DNA of 64,000 nucleotides, taken from Klebsormidium nitens (lineage: Eukaryota > Plantae > Klebsormidiophyceae). This document shows, in pieces, positions 58,301 through 64,000 of this stretch (position 1 is the first letter of the stretch; each line of letters starts with the position of its first letter). Below the pieces are notes generated by a model. It saw only the letters and a list, made by a program, of their open reading frames with translations, ran no database searches and had not been told where the DNA came from. The stretch covers positions 1 to 64,000 of the forward strand of contig DF237008.1 in assembly GCA_000708835.1 (NCBI GenBank), written 5' to 3'. Position numbers and translations under genes: made by a program.

Positions 58301-59181
58301 AAAACGAGAACAGGTCAAAAACGGTTTGTTGCATGTCGTGGAAATTTGGCACGCAGCATTGGCTCGTCAGGATTCTTCCTGACGAAAGAAGCTCTCCTGA
58401 AAGGTCTCGAGCCGCCCATAATTTGCAGACTGGTTACAAGATAAAGGCCGCGCTTGAACAACGAGCTCCTGGTTAAAAGATGCATACCTGGCAATACTAT
58501 TGGGCTGTAAAAGCTCACCCTGCCGGGCGTGGAATCCACCTCTCTCCTCGTCAACGGAATCTTGTTGACCCTATTACTGCAACCGAATCTCTTGGCGCTC
58601 CGACTAAGAATCTGACAGCATCTTGAAGCTGACTCGGACAGTTTTACTTTATGCTGACATCAAAGACGCTTAAGCTGACTTGGAAGTCGACGCCGCAGGT
58701 TGGCGACACCCTAGACGTGAAGCTCCTAGAGATCAACGAGCGGGGCCAGCTGCGGTTGAGTCACCGGGCGCTTTTGGTAGAGAACGAAAAGGGGGCAAGC
58801 GCCGGGGCAGGTCCTCCTGGGGGCGGCACGGGTAGCGAGGCGGCGAAGCCTGCGTTCAAGGCCGTTTGGCAAAGACCGGGGAACTCAACTGGGGGAGAAA
58901 ATGCGTCGGGAGCAAGTCAGGTGAGCTTGGCGATGCATGCGTTACAGTGCGGTGAAATGCAATTTATAGTAGGACTGTTTCGAAATGGGTGTGCATGCGA
59001 AGAAGGAAGATACAGTTCCTGGTTTCTTTCAGGTTCGCCGAACCTGTGCAACGAAGTATCGCGTGAGTTTAACGTTCCTGACCACCGAATCACTGGCTTC
59101 CTTTTGCAGGGGTCTTTTCAATCCGCCCCTCGAAACCCCGTTGCCACGTCACCAACAAGCAAAGCCGGCAAGCAAGATTGA
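49381..59181 (+). CDS. PNP: Chloroplast polyribonucleotide nucleotidyltransferase (PNPase), 14 exons, ~947 aa
   Basis: Exons 49381-50236, 50568-50668, 51028-51084, 51427-51540, 51960-52085, 52868-53104, 53916-54086, 54818-54996, 55449-55668, 56166-56324, 56734-56936, 57878-58004, 58699-58920, last exon 59110-59181 (alternative 59033-59191). Motifs [80 protein letters not shown] GxxG loop, S1 domain. Transit peptide and an acidic insertion typical of the plastid isoform. Confidence 0.96.
53174..53915 (+). repeat. PNPase intron 6: one copy of the exon-6 3' end with donor, then three ~180-207-bp tandem copies of the intron end plus exon-7 5' end
   Basis: Echo acceptors tgcag|gag end at 53327, 53534 and 53715; the real one ends at 53915. 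Both intronic and exonic parts of the unit are repeated. Confidence 0.9.
54186..54410 (+). repeat. PNPase intron 7: two degenerate copies of the exon-7 3' end
   Basis: ggcgcagaagcaggacaacatgcaggg...gaccgcttctacctcca at ~54190-54246 and a second copy at ~54345-54393. Confidence 0.88.
55255..55308 (+). repeat. PNPase intron 8: degenerate copy of the exon-9 5' end
   Basis: Copy translates [18 protein letters not shown] versus exon [18 protein letters not shown]. Confidence 0.88.
56502..57140 (+). repeat. Echoes flanking PNPase exon 11: two 5'-end copies upstream (56502-56549, 56613-56660) and one 3'-end copy with donor downstream (57063-57135)
   Basis: [16 protein letters not shown] versus [16 protein letters not shown]; [22 protein letters not shown]|gtacgg versus [22 protein letters not shown]|gtacgg. 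Confidence 0.9.
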
Positions 59182-60263
59182 TACCGTCTAGTGCCTAGGT
59201 CTGATGATCGCAGGGTCTGCCATCCGGGCGTTTTGGTGCTTTAGCGACATCCAGGTTCTGCAATAGCACGGGTTGCTCATTTGAAGCTTTGGGTATCCTG
59301 GTTCTAGTAGATGAGGTATGGTATACTGCAGAACGACACGCAATGCTCAGACGCGCTTACGCGCCTACTCGTGAACAAAGAAATGTTTCCCAGACCGTCA
59401 GGATCATGCAGCATGCTGCCAGCTTCAATCGGTACTCATGGGGGCTTGATCTCGCTTTGGTCCCAAGGATTGACTTGTACTTTCAGGAAGTCTGGGGATC
59501 ATGAATGGAGTCTCTCCAAAGGGCATCGCGGCCCATGCATGCTTGCCTTGAATCTTATAATCAAGGCATATATATTGTTGGTCCATGTACGTGTGGCCCA
59601 CATGTTCATGCAACTTTCAATAGGCATAATCATACCTTAGTATATGCTTGAGCGATTTGCTTAATCGCTCAATAGTACTCATTCGATGCATATGTAAGCG
59701 GTCGGATGGCGCGTATGCCCCGGGTCATGTCATCGTCATACTCTAGATACGTGTTTTCCACCCGCTGTATATACATGCGTGAAGATCAGATGCACCGGCT
59801 CGAGAGCCGTACAATTGCAGGCCAGCAACGATCAATGATACATATATGGTACTTCAGGATGGTATCACGTGCAGTTTACCGGCCCATGCACGATTTAGAG
59901 GTAAGTTTATGACACGCCATACAACTTAATTGCATACAGGCGGAGGGCTGCACGCGAACTTAATACTATGCACAACTTATCAACGACGTGAGCTAGTCGG
60001 CTGCGCCAAAGCATGAATCCTGAGTCCGGGTAGGACTGGCACGCATCAGGATGGATTTTTCGTACGCCACGCTCAGTCGACTTTCGCCCGGCAGATAATG
60101 ACCAGTATACATATCTCTACAATCTCAAACTAATACAGTCTACTGTATGACATTATGATGTCTAACAGGCCAGCATTGCCTGATACTTACAATTTACTAG
60201 AGTCTGTCGGAATAACAAGCAAAGGTACGCGGACGTCACAACCACCTTGCGGATCAGAGGGTG

Positions 60264-62986
60264 TCACTGTGGTTTATATCGTCGTTTGGCTTCACTATAT
60301 GCTATAACTCCTGTGATGGTTATCGAGTAGCCAACCATGCCCATAACCGTAACCGGATTCCTAAACAGCAGTATGGAGACTACGGTCGCTACAGCCCCCT
60401 TTGCGTTTCCCAATACCTGCATAGGGAGGGGACAAAGCGACAGATTAGTTTATTGAAGTATTCACATTACGATGTTCTACCTGAGTCCGACCAACTCAGG
60501 AGTTGCTCAAGAGCTTGACGTTCGGCTATGGCTTCAATGCATGCACAGACAACGTCGTGCTGACACGAAAGGGAACAGAAACGCTCTGAGCCCGGCAGTT
60601 TTGACCGAGCAACTTCGTTTCGCTTTCTCCCACCGTTGAATTCCGTCTCCGCGGTGAAAAGACTTGCGACAAACAGCCCACCAGTGGCGACGACATATTT
60701 GCACAATAAGTGCGCTCCTTTCCCTCGTAACCGAACGACTGATCTCAAGCTCGACGAAGCAAGCCAGAGCTGAGTTGACCAAAAACAGAGTGGACAAAGT
60801 GCGACAACCGATTCACATACTCACTTGCAAGGTGAGTGCACTCGTGTGCTTGGTAACCAGAAAGTTGGTCAGATTGACGAAGTAGGCCATCCCCGAGTTA
60901 AGGAACAGCAGGAAAAGGATGCCCGGCCCGTCCACGCGCGCCTTCTCGACGGTGATACCGAGCACGTTGTCTTCCAGCGCCAGCGTCGCTGGCAGCAGGA
61001 CCACCACCGCGACGGGCGCCATGTACATCAGCAGGTTCATCGAGTTTAGCTTCTCCCTGCAAACAAGGGTTCAAAAGTATGAGGATTTCTGGGTTTGACT
61101 TACTTCCTGCAACTGAGATGTTAGTGTCTCGGGGTTCTTGGGTTCAGATTCTCCTTGAAAGAGGGCTTCAGCGTATACGTGATTTTAAAGAAAACTTTCT
61201 CCCTGAAAAGAAGGTTTGTGATCTTGAAGGCGTCAGAATCTCGGGTCTGCGTGATCGAAATCTTGGGTTCACATCCGATTTTGAGACGGGCAAGTTTGAC
61301 GCTACTGCCAGCGCGACGGGCGCCATGGACATCAGCAGGTCTACTTCTCTCTGCAGAGAGCTTTTAGAGGTTTAAGGGGGTTGCGACTTTTCCAAAATGC
61401 TCATTTTGGACCGTGGATTAAAGATCGGAAGAGGGGATGATCACTTTGACACCGTCACCACGGGACGAGCGCCATGAACATCAGCAGGTTCACCGAGTGC
61501 AGCTTCTTTCTGCAGGAAAGGTTTCCGGATCTTTAAGCACGTCAGAGGTTTTCGAATATTGTGCGGCTTAGAAACTGGATCAAACATTAGAGTTTAAGGC
61601 CGGCAACGCTGACGCTACTACTACCAAGAAGGGCGCCATTAGCAGGTTCCTTGAATCCAGCTTCTTCCTGCAATTGAGATTTTGCGGTCAAGTGGGGCTG
61701 AAACTCGCGCAATGGCGCAATATTGAAGGTTGCATCTGACATCGGGGTCGAGGCGGACTAGCTTTGACAGACGTCACCACAGCAACAAGGGCCTCGTATA
61801 TCAGCAGGTTCACTGAGTTGAGTTTTCCCTGCGACTAAAGTTCACAGATTACACTGTTCACAATCACAGAGTTACTCGGACGGGGCCCTCGAAGAGCGCG
61901 CTTTGACGGGAGAAGAAACTCGTCAGGCTTCTGGCTTTGCCCTGCAGAGGTTTGCAGCATCGGTTCACGCAGCGGTCCCTTTCACGAATCGTCCGGAGGT
62001 CGGGTTACAAGGTTCACCGAGGGCGGGAAAGTTTGTCAGACGGTAATCAGACGCTTTGTGCCGCTTCAACCAAGTCGCACAAGCCTCTTTCAAACAGGTT
62101 TGGTCTGTCACCTATCGGGAGCTGTCGGACAAGATGTGTCGGCCAGCGAACTCGGCAGGTCGTATTTCTGAGACTGAAGCTTTATCAGCAATTTCTCGCT
62201 GCCTGAATCCATCACCTTGGACGAGTATGCGGAATGTTTCGGACGCTTTTTGGACGCTCGAAATGTGCTCGAGTCGAAGCCACTCTGAAATTGAGAGCTT
62301 AGCCTGCGGGCAAAGGATTCAAACACCAGATGTAGACGTGGAAGCAATAACCAAACGAAGCAGGCGCACCCGCAAAAAAAGGGCCCCAGTCCAAACTCAC
62401 CCATCTGACGACAGCAGGATCCCTTGCAGGACGGACTTGAGGGCCCGCGCGGAGGTTGCGGCCATGCACATCGTGAATCCGTACATGTGAAAGCTGGGTT
62501 CGCCCTGCAAAGATTGACATACGCTGACGTCATGAGCTCAGACGCTGGTGCTTTGGCTTTTCCTTGACATGTTGCTCGAAGTTTTTACAGATGAAAGCTG
62601 GGTAGACGACTCGAGCTAGAATTCGTAGGATCGAGTTGGATTCCTGCAGGAAAACTTAGACTTTGTTGCTCACCCCGCTGGCCACCATGATCCCGACCAC
62701 CACCGGCACGAGCGACCCGTACACCGGCCATGCCTCCCGCTTCATCGTCATCGCGGCCGCAAATATTGCTGTGAAAAACGGCGTTGTGGCGCCGATCGCC
62801 TGGTTGAAGGAGACGGGGAGGAAGCGGAGCGAGATGTTGCCCCCCACGACCGAGGTGCAGAAGATGACGGAGAGGGCGCAGATCTTGATGAACTGGGAGC
62901 GGGAGCGGATGGGCTGCATCGGTACGATCTTGAGCCACGCGATAGCGACGTACGAGAAGAGCGCGCACGCGGCCATGTGGAGCATC
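60264..62986 (-). CDS. Sugar-phosphate/nucleotide-sugar transporter (TPT family, UUAT-like); 5' exon(s) not found, probably beyond 64000
   Basis: Exons 62674-62986, 62401-62504, 60825-61056, 60264-60416, all in phase. Motifs [108 protein letters not shown]. Confidence 0.92.
61290..61835 (-). repeat. TPT-gene intron: four tandem copies (~159-bp period) of the acceptor plus 5' end of the 60825-61056 exon
   Basis: On the + strand, agcaggt(t)c...ctgc units. Acceptor AG complements at 61351-52, 61510-11, 61668-69 and 61829-30; the real one is at 61057-58. Confidence 0.9.
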
Positions 62987-64000
62987 CTGCAGAAGATAAA
63001 GTTTTCTTGCTTTCTAGTGTTGCAGCGGAGTCTTCACCTTATGAAGGTCGAATGTTTTGGAAACTTCAATTGGATGATGTGTGAAGAGGGCGGGCGCGCG
63101 ACGAAATGCAGCATCTTGCAGAAGAAGGAGGTGTAGGTTTAAGGGACTTTTCAACTTCCGAATTTTCAAAGTGTTTGGGGAGAGTGTTCAACAGTTGATA
63201 GCCTCTAAAAAAGAAGAAGAGCAGGAAAGAAGAAAGCCTGCGACAATACTTGAAGCGTCTTGCAAAGAGGGGAGGAAAGGGTACATTGTGCTTCCAAGTG
63301 AGAGGAGCGGGGTAGATCTTGCAAGGGGGTGTAGGCTCTTGATCGCTTCAACAACAACAAGAGTCTGAGCAGTAAAGTTGTGTCATCAGCTTTGAGCACT
63401 TCAGTTCAAACCAGGGGGAGAAGAAGGTTTCAAGAGGGACGAGGCTTTTGCCACCTTGGCAAATAAGAAGTATTTTCCAAATACTGGTGGTTAGAAGGTG
63501 ACGACAAGCAAAAGCACTTTCTGAAAACATCGCTTGAAATGCGAGGAAACCTAATGGAGCGGTAGTGAGTCTTTTGAGAAAGAGAGGGAGCTCATTCACA
63601 AGCTACATGGCTTAGTTGAGCAGGTCACTACAGAATGAAGCCAAACAGAAACCGACACAACAAGTGTCTTCAACGTGAAAGGTTCTTCAGGTGTCCAGAT
63701 ATTGCCTTCTGTTAAATCTCTCCCATTGTTTATGAGAGCAACCTTTATCAGAGACATTTCAGCTGCATATAAGACCACTGTCTTGACATGCTTTGTAACA
63801 TCGCTGAGACAGATACTATCAGGCCAAACACCGATCCTTGATTTGACTTTTGACTAACGGCAGCTATTCAAAGCACCTCTTAGGATGAGGAATGCTCTCA
63901 TTACAAAGAGTCGATTTCTGAATGCACTCCACCGTCAGCCATTTTGATTCACTCTCCGTCAATGGAGCATCTGATTGCTGTCACTTGAGCTCGAAGGTGC

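Noticed and set aside
59648-59672. Perfect 10-bp hairpin ttgagcgatt-tgctt-aatcgctcaa as a Helitron 3' end or terminator
   Set aside because: No downstream CTRR end or other element features; intrinsic terminators are not expected in nuclear genes.
63000-64000. First exon of the TPT gene
   Set aside because: No WY..NIGVLLLNKY-type exon found; it probably lies beyond the window.

Overview
Eukaryotic nuclear DNA with GC-rich exons and many GT-AG introns. Gene content and intron style suggest a streptophyte green alga, probably Klebsormidium-like; this is an inference. I rebuilt spliced models by hand for eight named genes plus one weak uncharacterised gene: an intronless GT61 glycosyltransferase (+); a 17-exon TMEM104-like transporter (-); an OEP40-like chloroplast outer-envelope channel (+); a small cytochrome b5-like protein (-); a plastid alpha/beta hydrolase (+); a ~2,620-aa secreted mosaic protein ending in a Hedgehog-type Hint/Hog domain (+, with 4 apparent -1 frameshifts and 1 in-frame TGA as assembled); an ELL-associated factor (-); chloroplast PNPase (+); and the 3' part of a TPT/nucleotide-sugar transporter (-). 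There is one 528-N gap. Two things stand out. First, the giant TSP1/LNR/PSI/EGF/PKD/Pro-rich/SEA-like Hog protein, which has His in place of the sterol-activating Asp. Second, introns in five genes are built from tandem, degenerate copies ('echoes') of the adjacent exon edge plus its splice site, and several echoes differ from the live exon mostly at third codon positions. Domain and family names come from motif recognition and recall, not database searches. No rRNA, tRNA, CRISPR or intact transposase is supported.
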